A stretch of 64,000 bases of DNA from Nanobdellota archaeon (GCA_018830525.1 JAHJSH010000017.1:2688-66687); one strand, 5' to 3'. Positions 1-9,944 are shown, numbered from the stretch's first letter. Notes: generated by a model from the sequence alone, not told the origin. Made by a program: numbers and translations.

Positions 1-503
1 TAATTCGTGGCGGAACTGAGCATGTTATTGATGAAATTGAACGAGCAATGAAGGATGCGCTTGGAGATGTTGCGGCGACATTGAAAGATTCTAAGGTTGT
101 TGCTGGCGGTGGCGCGGTTGAGATTGAGTTATCTAAAAGATTGAAGGAGTATGCTTCGACATTGAAAGGGCGTGAGCGTTTGGCTGTTGAGGAATTTGCT
201 TCGGCTATGGAATTTATTCCGATAACTTTGGCGGAGAACGCGGGGATGGACCCTATTGATGTTTTGACTGAGCTCCGAGCAAGTCATGATGCTGGGATGA
301 AGAATGTAGGGTTGAATTTATTTAATGGGAAGATTGAGGATACTTTGATGCAGGGGATTATCGAGCCATTGAAAATTAAGACGCAGGCGATTGCTTCAGC
401 TTCGGAAGTTGCGATTATGATTTTGAGAATTGATGATGTTATTGCCGCAAAGAAGATGCAAGGGAATTCTGGGAAATTGGGAAATATGCAGGGGTATGAT
501 TAG
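1..503 (+). CDS. ths: Thermosome (group II chaperonin) subunit, C-terminal part; 5' end outside window
   Basis: Frame 3 open from window edge; [13 protein letters not shown] and [33 protein letters not shown] match the conserved thermosome C-terminal equatorial domain. Confidence 0.9.
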   Translation, partial: IRGGTEHVIDEIERAMKDALGDVAATLKDSKVVAGGGAVEIELSKRLKEYASTLKGRERLAVEEFASAMEFIPITLAENAGMDPIDVLTELRASHDAGMKNVGLNLFNGKIEDTLMQGIIEPLKIKTQAIASASEVAIMILRIDDVIAAKKMQGNSGKLGNMQGYD

Positions 504-506
504 ATT

Positions 507-653
507 TTACCAACCAATTTTGTCTAAAATACACTCTATGGTTTCTATACAATCATAGAGTTTTCTTTTAACTTCCACTTTTTCTGTTGGTCCTTGGTAA
601 TCTTCTGGAACTTCATATTTTATTGCATCAATTATTCTTGGGATATTATCCAT
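507..653 (-). CDS. Hypothetical small protein (48 aa)
   Basis: ATG..TAA ORF below track cutoff, convergent with thermosome gene: MDNIPRIIDAIKYEVPEDYQGPTEKVEVKRKLYDCIETIECILDKIGW; no family recognised. Confidence 0.3.
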   Translation of the reverse strand: MDNIPRIIDAIKYEVPEDYQGPTEKVEVKRKLYDCIETIECILDKIGW

Positions 654-703
654 ATAATTTTTTTGTATGTATGTTTAAAAATTTAATTGTTCAAGAAGGT
701 TAA

Positions 704-910
704 ATGCGCGGGCCTCTCAAAATTTGCATCTTGGAAAAATATTCTTATTATTTGTTTTCCTCAAAGCGAATTTCTCGGAATCAAACTCCGATTCCCAAAG
801 TATGCGCGGGCCTCTCAAAATTTGCATCTTGGAAAAATATTCTTATTATTTGTTTTCCTCAAAGCGAATTTCTCGGAATCAAACTCCGATTCCCAAAGTA
901 TGCGCGGGCC
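704..910. repeat. 98-bp tandem repeat: two identical units (704-801, 802-899) plus a third copy of the 11-nt core ATGCGCGGGCC (900-910)
   Basis: Read directly. The core is the reverse complement of the 3' end of tRNA-Gly at 12447-12457. Each unit carries TTTGCATCTTGG (723) and CTCAAAGCGAA (760). Confidence 0.95.
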
Positions 911-1008
911 GCTGACTGGGGCTTCATGGCATCTTCATGCGATGTCTCCCAATAAGTTTTTCTACGCTTATTTTATCGAGATAATTTGGGTTTATAAAAC
1001 TTATTGGA
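900..1008. repeat. Imperfect ~105-bp direct repeat, copy 1 (copy 2 at 7354-7458); att/arm-like
   Basis: ATGCGCSGGCCGCTGACTGGGGYTTCATGGC...GCGATGTC...TTTATCGA...TTTATAAAACTTATT shared by both copies. Confidence 0.85.
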
Positions 1009-1026
1009 ACCTTGTTTTAGTCTTCC

Positions 1027-1434
1027 CTATGAACTAAAAAATAATCCAAAAGCTTCTTCAGGTCTAGTAAATTTTATTCCTTGATATTCTTTTAATTTCA
1101 GAAGATGATTATCATAAGAGATAATGTATTCTGCGTTAGACTCAATAGCACATTCTATAATCTTATTGTCATCAACATCTTCTTTTACAATATCAATTTT
1201 TATATTGGGAATTACCAAAGTTAGAAACTGGAGAATTTTTTCAAGTATTTCTCCAATTTCTTGTTCTTTATAATCAAAATCTCTTGCAAGAATTTCTTTA
1301 TATTCTTCAATTATTTCTTGAGAAGAAAAAATTTGAATATTTTCTTTTATGCATTTAAATAAAAATTTTTGAGCCACACTATTGTCCCATAAGGTAGCAG
1401 AGATTAAAACATTAGTGTCGAGTACAATTTTCAT
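1027..1434 (-). CDS. vapC: PIN-domain ribonuclease toxin (VapC-like)
   Basis: MKIVLDTNVLISA N-terminus with acidic residues typical of PIN; 4-nt overlap with upstream antitoxin ORF. Confidence 0.8.
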   Translation of the reverse strand: MKIVLDTNVLISATLWDNSVAQKFLFKCIKENIQIFSSQEIIEEYKEILARDFDYKEQEIGEILEKILQFLTLVIPNIKIDIVKEDVDDNKIIECAIESNAEYIISYDNHLLKLKEYQGIKFTRPEEAFGLFFSS

Positions 1435-1709
1435 TTTTTCTTATTGTTTCTTGCTTTATGAATCAAATCAAGAACATCTTTTTCTTTGATTCCAAGTTTT
1501 TGTGCTCTTTTTGTTCCTTCTTTTGCTATCTCCTTAAGTTCACAGATTAATTCTTCTTTTGAGGGCATTGCAACTTTCTTTAAAACAATGCTGTCCCTTC
1601 CACTGACTATTGCAAACATAGTTCCCTCTGAAGCACATATTTCTGTCCTCATTCCTAGAGGTATTACTATTTGTCCTTTTGAAGACATCTTTACCATTTC
1701 AACTGTCAT
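1431..1709 (-). CDS. vapB: AbrB/SpoVT-family antitoxin (VapB-like)
   Basis: SSKGQIVIPLGMR swapped-hairpin motif; translationally coupled to the PIN gene. Confidence 0.75.
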   Translation of the reverse strand: MTVEMVKMSSKGQIVIPLGMRTEICASEGTMFAIVSGRDSIVLKKVAMPSKEELICELKEIAKEGTKRAQKLGIKEKDVLDLIHKARNNKKK

Positions 1710-1776
1710 TTTGTTTTTTCCTCCTATTCTTACTTGCTTATTGTAAGATATGCTTACTTATAAATCTTCCTATAAC

Positions 1777-2697
1777 TTAAACTATCTCTTCAGCCATCTC
1801 AATTAATAAAGGCTTGAGCTCCTTGACATAAGCATCAAAGTCCTCTTTGCTGAATGGTTTTATTACAAGTGGGCGAACTTCACTATATTGAAACTCTAAA
1901 GTCTGAAGCCTATCTCTTGCTAAAATAAGATTATTTTTATATTTTTCATAGCTGTTTGTTGAATACATTAATTTTTCTTTTGTTTCCTTAAGGAAGTCTT
2001 GAGGTTTTATCTTAAACTTTTTATAAATAAAAAGAAGATCAATTGCATCTCTTGACTTAATTGCTTTTCTTGTTAATATTGAACGAAATTTCTCTGTTAC
2101 AATTTCCTTAAGGTCATAAACTTTCATTTTTATTGTTTTATAGAAGTCAAGAAATTCTTTAAAATAAACTTGATCTTCTTTTGTGAATTGGCTAGGTTTG
2201 ATTAGAGGATTTAGTTCTTTTGTTTTTGGAGTAAATATTATCTTTTCTAAAAAGTTAATTTGAATTTTAATGAAAGAAGGTTTTCCTGTTAAAACAGAAT
2301 CATAATAAACTTTGAAAGTTACAAGTTTATTGTTATTACCAATTTCAACAAAATTTCTATCTGCTTTATCAAACTTAAAGTCAAATCCTACATTCTTTAG
2401 TTGTTCTCCAAAGACATCTATTTTTTCCTTGCAGATTTTCTTTATGCTTTTAGTTGATTTTCCTTCCCAGAGCTTCTGATCAAGAAACGTAAAATCAAGG
2501 TCTTCTGAAAATCTAAAATAGTCTAAATATGCTTTAGCAAGACAAGTTCCGCCTTTGAATACATATTCTCCAAAATTAAGCTTTGAAAGCAGGATATTAA
2601 GATAAAAATCTTTTTCAATTAATTCTTGAGCAGTTATATTTGTTTTATCTTTTACTGAAGTTAAAAAGTTCTTTAGTTTATCTTTATCTATTTCCAT
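1777..2697 (-). CDS. AbiEii/AbiGii-family nucleotidyltransferase toxin
   Basis: FKGGTCLAKAYLDYFRFSEDLDF motif typical of AbiEii NTases; start overlaps stop of upstream AbiEi-like gene. Confidence 0.75.
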   Translation of the reverse strand: MEIDKDKLKNFLTSVKDKTNITAQELIEKDFYLNILLSKLNFGEYVFKGGTCLAKAYLDYFRFSEDLDFTFLDQKLWEGKSTKSIKKICKEKIDVFGEQLKNVGFDFKFDKADRNFVEIGNNNKLVTFKVYYDSVLTGKPSFIKIQINFLEKIIFTPKTKELNPLIKPSQFTKEDQVYFKEFLDFYKTIKMKVYDLKEIVTEKFRSILTRKAIKSRDAIDLLFIYKKFKIKPQDFLKETKEKLMYSTNSYEKYKNNLILARDRLQTLEFQYSEVRPLVIKPFSKEDFDAYVKELKPLLIEMAEEIV

Positions 2698-3299
2698 TAT
2701 AGCATCTCCTTTATTTTCTTTTTGACTATTCGATTATATTTATTTGATTCCTTTAAAAAAAGTGATTTATTAAATTTATATTCTTTTAAGTCTACATTTT
2801 TCTTTAGATAAATCATATCAAGTAATGTTTTTTCTATATTGCTATAATAAATAAATATATTGTTTGAAGTGTTTTCTTTCTTCATATCAAAAAATAAAGA
2901 TGGTTTTAGTTTCATAAAAAAGAAACTTGAGCCAGCGATTTTCATTGGTTTTGTTCTATTGAATTTATCATTAATTACTATATTTACTGGAAACACTTCA
3001 TGAGTTAAGCCAAGAAATTTTAATGCAGTATTCAACCCAAAATACCATTTAACATTTTTCTTTTCTAGACCAAGAGCTAACAACTCATAAGGAGAATATT
3101 TTAAAGAATTTAATTTCTTTTCTTCATAATCTTTTAAATAATAAACTCCCCTAAAAATAGTTATGAGATAACCTTTGTTTAGCATAACTCTTCTTAGTGT
3201 ATCTCTATCGAATTTATACTTAGTTGCCAAGCTATCAAAATCTTTCCTTGTTAAGATTTTACCCTTTGCTTCTCTTAAAATTGTATCTATTTTATTCAT
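2697..3299 (-). CDS. AbiEi-like antitoxin/transcriptional regulator
   Basis: N-terminal wHTH-like region (ILTRKDFDSLA...RGVYYL) and position directly upstream of the AbiEii gene. Confidence 0.6.
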   Translation of the reverse strand: MNKIDTILREAKGKILTRKDFDSLATKYKFDRDTLRRVMLNKGYLITIFRGVYYLKDYEEKKLNSLKYSPYELLALGLEKKNVKWYFGLNTALKFLGLTHEVFPVNIVINDKFNRTKPMKIAGSSFFFMKLKPSLFFDMKKENTSNNIFIYYSNIEKTLLDMIYLKKNVDLKEYKFNKSLFLKESNKYNRIVKKKIKEML

Positions 3300-3563
3300 A
3301 ACTTAATTCACCTTATTAGGTGAAATATAATATGTTTATAAATCTTTCGTCTCAATCCTTCAGTCCTTTAGAATACATATAACTGTCAGAAAACCTATCA
3401 AAACTCCTCAAAAATGCACATACGAAAATTCCGTATGTCTGAGGCTAGTTGTCGTCGTTCTGTCATGCTAAATAAGGTATTTTAGTCAGCTCTGTATATA
3501 TGTAGGTAGGGGTAGGGACTAGGAGGGGATAACTTAACTCTTAAGGATAAAAAAGAGGGAGGA

Positions 3564-6500
3564 CTATTTGAAAACTAAATATTTATTGTGATGTTTTTTT
3601 CTATGTTTAATTCTTATAAATAATAATCCTAGGCCTAATAATATTATAACTAAAACAAAGATAGCAAAATATTTTAAATAATTATTTTCTTTATCTTTGA
3701 TAATTTCATCAGTCTTTTCTTCAACCCCATTCTCTTGCTTAATAATTCCTTTTTCAATGGTTTCATTAATTGATTTAATATAAATATTAGCCATTGTTTG
3801 TGTAACATTATTTAATTTAACATAAATATCATAAGTATTATCATTATTCAAATTAATTTTCCATTCATCTCCAATAAAAAGAGTTTTTGTTTGAGGGGTA
3901 GAAGAGATAGTTATTGTTGCAGTTTTATTTGTGTTATTGATATTAATAACTTTCAGTTTATGATTTTCATTATTTAATTTAAAACTAATTTCCCAATTTT
4001 TCCCAAGAGATTTTGTATAGCCTTGTTCAAGATTTAATTGAGTAGGATAATATGTTGGAAGACCTCCGCCTGAAGATGATGCCGGAGTTTCTTCAACAGG
4101 AACAGCAACACTAAAAGAAACATTCATTGTATCATTTCTATTTCCAGAAGTATCATTGCAGTAAAAGTTTGCAGTATAGCTTCCATCAGCAAGTGAAGAT
4201 AAAGTTTTTGTGAATGTTAAATTATCTGTTGTATCCATTGAAACATTTACCACCCCGACATTTGCCGAATACAAGCATGTTCCATTCTCATCTAGAGTAA
4301 CATTTAGAAGAACTGACGAAGTTGTATAGGTCATTGCTGTCGGAGAATTGATGGTGATTTGTGGACTAATTGAATCTATAAAAAAGGTTGCAGAACTTGA
4401 ATTAATGTTACCCATAATATCTTGTGCGTAAGCAGTTAATATATGGGTCCCTTCAGTTAATTCTGTAAAATTACTAGAGTATTTATTTGTTGAAGCATTA
4501 TATAATGCAAGAATTTCATTGTTAGTAAGAGCTTTATTAAAAACCATAATATCATCTACGCTCCCATTAAAGGGATATGTTGGATCACTAATTACCCATT
4601 GTCCATTAATCTGAGTTAAATTAGTACCATCCCTATCCTTCCAATCAGATAACTCTCCATCTAAATATAAATAGATTTTGTCTTTATCATAAACTGCAAC
4701 AATTTGATGCCATATATTTTTAGTCCAATCTGAATTAGATATTGTTGGTCTAATAGCATGTCCTTCATCTGTAGATATTTTAAGAACTAAAGTATCTGAA
4801 GTTTCACTAAAAAACAATCCTTCATCGGTTGTCGTCCTTAATAAACGACTTCCGGTTGTTAAATCAGAAATACTCCAATCTGTCTTTGCCCAAAGTGCAA
4901 AAGTCATATTACTTGTGATATTTAATGTATTTAATCTTGCTTTTTTATATCTCCCATCATACAATGTAGGATTAATATAAGAACTTGCAACTAATAAAGA
5001 ACCATCTTTTAATTCAGTAAATCCTTCAGTTGTCGATATTCCAGTTTTAGTATGCAAAAAATTAAAATTATCATCATAAACTACATATCTATAAGTAGAG
5101 TTATATGTAGCCAGAACCCAGTTTCCATGGTATCTCTCCATAGCTTCAATTCCATAAGTCCCCCTAGGTTTTTCATCCATAAGAGTATGTTTTTTAACAA
5201 AGCCAAAGGACGAATTAAACTCATAAACCTCCAAAGGTATATCTTCAGCATCATAAGGATATCCACCGAGCATATAAAAACTATTATTATAGCAAGCAAC
5301 ACCCCCATTTGCATATTCTATCTCATCTAAATAATGTGACCCTATTAAAGATAAATCTGTTGCATTATAAACCGTAAGATTATTGTGGCTTGATTCGGTA
5401 TCTCCATACAAATAACCATCAGTCCACCCCCCATATATTTTACCATCGGCATAACAAATATCTCCAAGATGCTTGGACACAGAAGTATTAGTTATGATTG
5501 TCCCATTAAAATACGTTTTTACTAAGTTATTAGTATAACTCCAATATATATTCTCATCATCATCAACGGCAACTCCTTGGAGGTGTAGTGATGTTTGGAT
5601 AGGGCTATAAGTATAATCTTCCTCTTGATAAAAGTCTCCACTAAAACCACTAAGTGATTTCCCATAATAAAGATTAATTACGTCTGCCCCAGGTATCTGT
5701 GCACCAATTCCAAACTTCCCACTACTTATATTATAAGTTGCATTAAATGCATTATTATTATTCATCATATCTCTAAAATAGGATTTCCCATAGAAATCAG
5801 TAGAGAGATTATCAAATCTTATCCAGGTTACTAATGAGTTATCAAAATTATTCACAACAAAATATTCATTTGCATCGGATGAAGAAACATTTACAAAGAT
5901 AGATTTTAATGCATAATGATTAAAATTAATAAGGCTATCCCATATAAATGAAATTAAAGGAAACGTTGTATCTTTAATGAAGTAAATTTCTTCAGTATTT
6001 ATATTACTGGCTGTATCATTACAGTAAAAATTTGCAGTATAACTTCCATCATCAATTGAAGAATGTGTGTAATTATAATCTTCAACGGCAGTAGTATTAG
6101 TCATAGTATAATTTGCAATTCCGCCATTTAATGTAAACCAACAAGAATCGGTAGTACTGTTTAAATCAATGGCAGTCATGTTAAAATTATAAAGATTTAA
6201 GTTATATTTTGAGTTATTTACTGGATAATTTATTGTTATTGCTGGACCCACATCATCTATGCTTTGATTAGTATTAAAGATACTGGTAGCATTTGTGATA
6301 TCCGCTGATGAATCTTGAGAATATGCAATAAGACTATGACTTCCATCAATGAATGATTTTTGATAATTTATAGACGTAGCACTATATAATGCATTAATTT
6401 CTTCTTGGTTTAAGCTTCTATTAAAAACAATAACATCATCTATTGAACCATTAAAAAATCTAACAGCCCCATGATAACCAGCACCAATTATTTCTCCAGC

Positions 6501-7271
6501 ATAGGACAGTATATCTTTCTTTGGTACCGTACCTGAGAGAGTATTTACAGTAGGAATTCCCGCAACAGTATTTTTATAACAAGTAATACTTGTTCCATTA
6601 TAAATTGCAATAATATTGGCCCATTGGTTTAAGCTAACTGCTGGACAATTTGCAATAATAATGTCTGTAGAGTTACCAACAATTGCATGAGGGGTCAAGA
6701 CGTTTATATCTACAGAATAAGCTCTTTTGGGAGCACCCCCTCCATGAGACATTCCAAAGATGTCCGTAGAAGCCTCAAGGTTAGAAACCGGATATATCCA
6801 AGTACTTATTGTAAAATTGCTTCCATCGGGAATTGTTTGTTGTGCTGTTGGAAACATTATATAACCCGAAGTACCATCATAAGTTACAGATTTTCCAAAA
6901 TATCCAGTATCATTTAAAACAATATTTCCAGTGAGGGTCCCATTATTTGTTCCCAGATAATCTGTAATGCTATTTACACTTCCGTTATTATCATCCATTC
7001 TCCACCAAGAAACAAGAGAATTATCTAAATTGATTACAGTAGAGTTAGAATTAGAAGAGATTACATTGATATAGGGAAATGAAGAAACGTTTGAACCATC
7101 AATTGGATTTATTATACTAACTGAAGGTAAAGCAAAACCCAAATTTATTAATAATAACAAACCTACAATCAATCCAAAAATCAAAAATCTTTTCCTAATT
7201 AAATGGAAAGAACTTGCTTCGCCCCCCCCCCAACTAAAATTATTTCCAAATAGTATCGACTCTTTTTTCAT
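3564..7271 (-). CDS. Giant surface protein, 1235 aa, with two LamG/concanavalin-like lectin modules, N-terminal signal/TM and C-terminal TM anchor
   Basis: Two LamG_3-type endings (DDVIVFNRSLNQEEINALY; VDDIMVFNKALTNNEILALYN), Asn/Ser/Thr-rich, C-terminal FAIFVLVIILLGLGLLFIRIKHRKK anchor. Confidence 0.75.
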   Translation of the reverse strand: MKKESILFGNNFSWGGGEASSFHLIRKRFLIFGLIVGLLLLINLGFALPSVSIINPIDGSNVSSFPYINVISSNSNSTVINLDNSLVSWWRMDDNNGSVNSITDYLGTNNGTLTGNIVLNDTGYFGKSVTYDGTSGYIMFPTAQQTIPDGSNFTISTWIYPVSNLEASTDIFGMSHGGGAPKRAYSVDINVLTPHAIVGNSTDIIIANCPAVSLNQWANIIAIYNGTSITCYKNTVAGIPTVNTLSGTVPKKDILSYAGEIIGAGYHGAVRFFNGSIDDVIVFNRSLNQEEINALYSATSINYQKSFIDGSHSLIAYSQDSSADITNATSIFNTNQSIDDVGPAITINYPVNNSKYNLNLYNFNMTAIDLNSTTDSCWFTLNGGIANYTMTNTTAVEDYNYTHSSIDDGSYTANFYCNDTASNINTEEIYFIKDTTFPLISFIWDSLINFNHYALKSIFVNVSSSDANEYFVVNNFDNSLVTWIRFDNLSTDFYGKSYFRDMMNNNNAFNATYNISSGKFGIGAQIPGADVINLYYGKSLSGFSGDFYQEEDYTYSPIQTSLHLQGVAVDDDENIYWSYTNNLVKTYFNGTIITNTSVSKHLGDICYADGKIYGGWTDGYLYGDTESSHNNLTVYNATDLSLIGSHYLDEIEYANGGVACYNNSFYMLGGYPYDAEDIPLEVYEFNSSFGFVKKHTLMDEKPRGTYGIEAMERYHGNWVLATYNSTYRYVVYDDNFNFLHTKTGISTTEGFTELKDGSLLVASSYINPTLYDGRYKKARLNTLNITSNMTFALWAKTDWSISDLTTGSRLLRTTTDEGLFFSETSDTLVLKISTDEGHAIRPTISNSDWTKNIWHQIVAVYDKDKIYLYLDGELSDWKDRDGTNLTQINGQWVISDPTYPFNGSVDDIMVFNKALTNNEILALYNASTNKYSSNFTELTEGTHILTAYAQDIMGNINSSSATFFIDSISPQITINSPTAMTYTTSSVLLNVTLDENGTCLYSANVGVVNVSMDTTDNLTFTKTLSSLADGSYTANFYCNDTSGNRNDTMNVSFSVAVPVEETPASSSGGGLPTYYPTQLNLEQGYTKSLGKNWEISFKLNNENHKLKVININNTNKTATITISSTPQTKTLFIGDEWKINLNNDNTYDIYVKLNNVTQTMANIYIKSINETIEKGIIKQENGVEEKTDEIIKDKENNYLKYFAIFVLVIILLGLGLLFIRIKHRKKHHNKYLVFK

Positions 7272-7324
7272 ATCCTTCTTAATAATTTATACATTTTAAA
7301 CTTTGTCTTTAAAATATTTAACAG

Positions 7325-7365
7325 ACATCGCACAGATTAACCATAAAGGCTTTATGCGCCGGCCG
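7325..7365. repeat. 41-bp direct repeat, copy 1 (copy 2 at 12417-12457), covering tRNA-Gly 3' end plus downstream flank
   Basis: ACATCGCACAGATTARCCATAAARGCTTTATGCGCSGGCCG, 3 mismatches between copies. Confidence 0.9.
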
Positions 7366-7458
7366 CTGACTGGGGTTTCATGGCTTTTCTAGCGATGTCG
7401 CCTAATTAGGGTTTGCGCCAATTTATCGAACTTTGGAGAGTTTATAAAACTTATTAGG
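7354..7458. repeat. Imperfect ~105-bp direct repeat, copy 2 (copy 1 at 900-1008)
   Basis: See copy 1; lies between the att core and the integrase gene, as an element arm would. Confidence 0.85.
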
Positions 7459-7605
7459 TTAGCTTGATATTAGTCTTTCTCCCGTCACCATCTTGTGACA
7501 TAAAAAGTCTAAAAATCATTTATAAATCTTGTCGCATGTCAATGGATATATTCCTTCTCGACAAGATATAAAAGTCGCATTGTCTTACACTTATGTCGAT
7601 GGACA

Positions 7606-8778
7606 ATGGAGAAAATCGACCCCTATAAACATAAAGAAAGATACCTTAGGTGGAAGGAGAAAATACAATCAACAATCCCAGAAATAAGCAAAGAAAATTC
7701 TGATTTAATATTGCAATATCTTAGAGATATGGAAAATGGAGTTAATATTGCAAGAGGTGTTAAAAAGGGCTCAAGAAGCTACATTCGACTTAACACTCTA
7801 AGGCAAAGAATGGTCTTTCTATCTAAAGAGTTTAAGGCTAGATTTGATTTAGACATACTTACTGGAATAAATGAAGCTCAATTATTTGAATTTTTCCAAG
7901 ATTTAAGAAGCGGTAAAATTGCCCGACGAGATGGAAAAACCTTCAAATCAGTTAAAGATTTTGCAAAAGACTTCAAGGCATTTTGGCATTGGTATCAAAA
8001 AAGAAACAAGAAAATAGGGAATGATATTTTTGACATAAGTGCAGATTTAGATGTAACTGGTGAAAAACCCGAATGGGTTTATCTGACAGAGGATGAAATA
8101 AAAAAACTGGCAGAAGCATCAAAATATTATTACAAGGTTTTAATCTGGTTTTTATTTGACTCTGGAATTCGAGCCCCCACAGAACTAATGAACATTAAAG
8201 TTTCGGATTTTTTCAATGACTTTAAGGAGTTAAATATTAGGCAGGAAATTAGCAAGACTTTTGGACGAAGAGTAAAACTGTTGATTTGCCATCAACTAAT
8301 AAAAGAATTTGTAAAAAACAATAATTTAGGTAATGATTCTTATTTGTTTACAACTATGCCCTATGATGTAAATAAATACCTTAAAAGGCTTGGAAAGCGG
8401 GTTCTTGGCGATGAAAAGAGCCCTGCAGGGGAGAAATACTCAAACATTACAATGTACGACTTTCGGCATTGTTCATGCTGTTATTGGCTTCCAAGGTATA
8501 AATCTGAATCTGCTTTGAAATATAGATTTGGATGGAAAAAATCTGAAAAAATCCATTATTATTCTGAATTACTGGGCATGAAAGATACAATCTCTGAAGA
8601 GGATTTATTGATTGATGTTACAAAAATAGAACTTGAGAGAAGAATAGACAAGGCAGAGAAAGAAAATCAAATGTTAAAAGAAGACAACGAGCAGATGAAA
8701 ATTCAAATCGCAACAATCGCTCAGCTTACTGCAGAAATGTATGCTCAAATGAAAGAAATTCAAGAGTTAGAGGCTTAA
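7606..8778 (+). CDS. int: Tyrosine recombinase/integrase
   Basis: C-terminal catalytic region (GIRAPTEL, YDFRHCSCCYW, HYYSELLG); paralogous to the ORFs at 40826 and 60346; adjacent to att repeat. Confidence 0.85.
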   Translation: MEKIDPYKHKERYLRWKEKIQSTIPEISKENSDLILQYLRDMENGVNIARGVKKGSRSYIRLNTLRQRMVFLSKEFKARFDLDILTGINEAQLFEFFQDLRSGKIARRDGKTFKSVKDFAKDFKAFWHWYQKRNKKIGNDIFDISADLDVTGEKPEWVYLTEDEIKKLAEASKYYYKVLIWFLFDSGIRAPTELMNIKVSDFFNDFKELNIRQEISKTFGRRVKLLICHQLIKEFVKNNNLGNDSYLFTTMPYDVNKYLKRLGKRVLGDEKSPAGEKYSNITMYDFRHCSCCYWLPRYKSESALKYRFGWKKSEKIHYYSELLGMKDTISEEDLLIDVTKIELERRIDKAEKENQMLKEDNEQMKIQIATIAQLTAEMYAQMKEIQELEA

Positions 8779-9035
8779 TGGAAAAAACAAAAGAATTAGA
8801 AAAAGAAATGCAGAAATTAAAAAAGAATGCAAAAAGACAAAAATGGATAAATGTTTATCTGCTTTGGAGCAGATAGGAGGCAAAGGTAGAATCAACAATT
8901 TTTCAACAAATAGTCAACCAAAGCACTGAATTTAATAATTCTGTAGACTATGCTCTGAATCTAATTTTTAATGGTTCTTTTTTAACATGGATAATCCTAG
9001 GGATATTTGGGATTTTCGTTTTATGGTTAATTTGG

Positions 9036-9746
9036 ATGAGGATACTCTTAATTTTTGATTTCTTAAACATGAAACATGAACTTAATAAGCCTGAAAAAGT
9101 CCAGAAAAAATATACTGAAAAGAAGATTTCTAAAGGGGTTAAAAAAACTAAAGAAAAAGCAAAAGAAAAGCATAGCAAGATTTGTAAGAAGAAAGAAAAT
9201 GAGGAGAATGATGAAGAGGCAGCGAAACACCCCAACAGAATAACCCCTGAGATGTATACAAAAAGCAAGATAGTTCCTGACCAAAAAGTTTATCTTAAAA
9301 AAGAGCTGGATGAATCTGATTTGGCTTTTTTAACTTCAGAGGGATTTATAGAAACCGAGCAGACAAATATTGATGGTCAGAAAAGAAATTATATAGTTTT
9401 CAATGATAAATTCGAGTCTCCCATCCACATTATATGCATCAAAGAAATTGTTGACTATCTAAAAGATTTTACAGAAGAAATAAAGACCTACAGAACAGTA
9501 ATGCCTGACATTGTTTTTACTCATAATAACAAAGAGCACGCAATAGAGGTTGAGACAGGAGTAATTATTAAGAGAGACAAGAAGAAACTGCGGAATAAAA
9601 TTGATTTGTTGAATAAAAGATATGGAAATAATTGGTTTTTCTTTGTCACAAATAGAAATTTAGAGAAAGAATATTCCAAACTAGGTGAAACTTCAACCAA
9701 AAGAAATATCAAATCAAAAATCAACAAAATCTTTCAAAATTATTAA
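9036..9746 (+). CDS. Hypothetical protein: Lys-rich N-terminus, C-terminal PD-(D/E)xK-like nuclease motif; start uncertain
   Basis: MPDIVFTHNNKEHAIEVETGVIIK resembles a PD..(E/D)xK core; weak assignment. Confidence 0.45.
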   Translation: MRILLIFDFLNMKHELNKPEKVQKKYTEKKISKGVKKTKEKAKEKHSKICKKKENEENDEEAAKHPNRITPEMYTKSKIVPDQKVYLKKELDESDLAFLTSEGFIETEQTNIDGQKRNYIVFNDKFESPIHIICIKEIVDYLKDFTEEIKTYRTVMPDIVFTHNNKEHAIEVETGVIIKRDKKKLRNKIDLLNKRYGNNWFFFVTNRNLEKEYSKLGETSTKRNIKSKINKIFQNY

Positions 9747-9944
9747 AAATAGGCAAATTTGCCACTGAAGAAATCTTGGTGGCACACTGGTTCTTCGTCA
9801 TAAAAAATCTGCAAAAATGGCAAAGAGTCACCCCCAAAATATAGACATATTGATACTAGTGACTGTAGGGGAGAGGGAGCAAGACATCTACTTTATTTTT
9901 CTGAAAAAGAAAATTTAATAAACCTATTTATAATTCTTATAATT

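Larger units (their letters stand above)
900..7353. mobile_element. Integrase-less accessory segment bounded by att-like repeats (VapBC, AbiE, LamG protein); probable decayed integrated element
   Basis: Flanked by the 105-bp repeats at 900 and 7354, each starting with the tRNA-Gly 3' core. Cargo is TA/abortive-infection genes. Confidence 0.5.

Noticed and set aside
900-1008. Possibility that the 105-bp repeat (also at 7354-7458) encodes a tRNA or a split-tRNA 3' half, since it ends in the tRNA-Gly acceptor sequence and has a TTTTATAAA box upstream on the minus strand
   Set aside because: No T-arm (no GTTCRANYC loop flanked by a 5-bp stem), no anticodon arm and no complementary 5' acceptor strand could be folded. 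Better explained as an element arm next to the att core.
687-1037. Three overlapping ORFs in the track (687-1037, 704-955, 724-915)
   Set aside because: They run through two identical 98-bp noncoding repeat units and the att-like repeat. All three frames are open only because of the repeat; the peptides are low-complexity and mutually exclusive.
5052-5330. Short ORFs inside or antisense to the LamG gene (5052-5330, 5081-5314, 6687-6917)
   Set aside because: Embedded in a 3.7-kb continuous ORF with domain support; AT-rich antisense frames commonly stay open.
3564-7271. Diversity-generating retroelement target (large surface protein in a lineage known for DGRs)
   Set aside because: No reverse transcriptase gene and no template/variable repeat pair (near-identical ~100-bp copies differing at A positions) could be found in the window.
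8948-9284. Minus-strand ORFs 8948-9268 and 9063-9284
   Set aside because: Phe/Leu/Ser-rich antisense translations of the Lys/Glu-rich start of the 9036 ORF. Which strand codes in 8950-9250 remains somewhat uncertain, so the 9036 start is flagged as uncertain.
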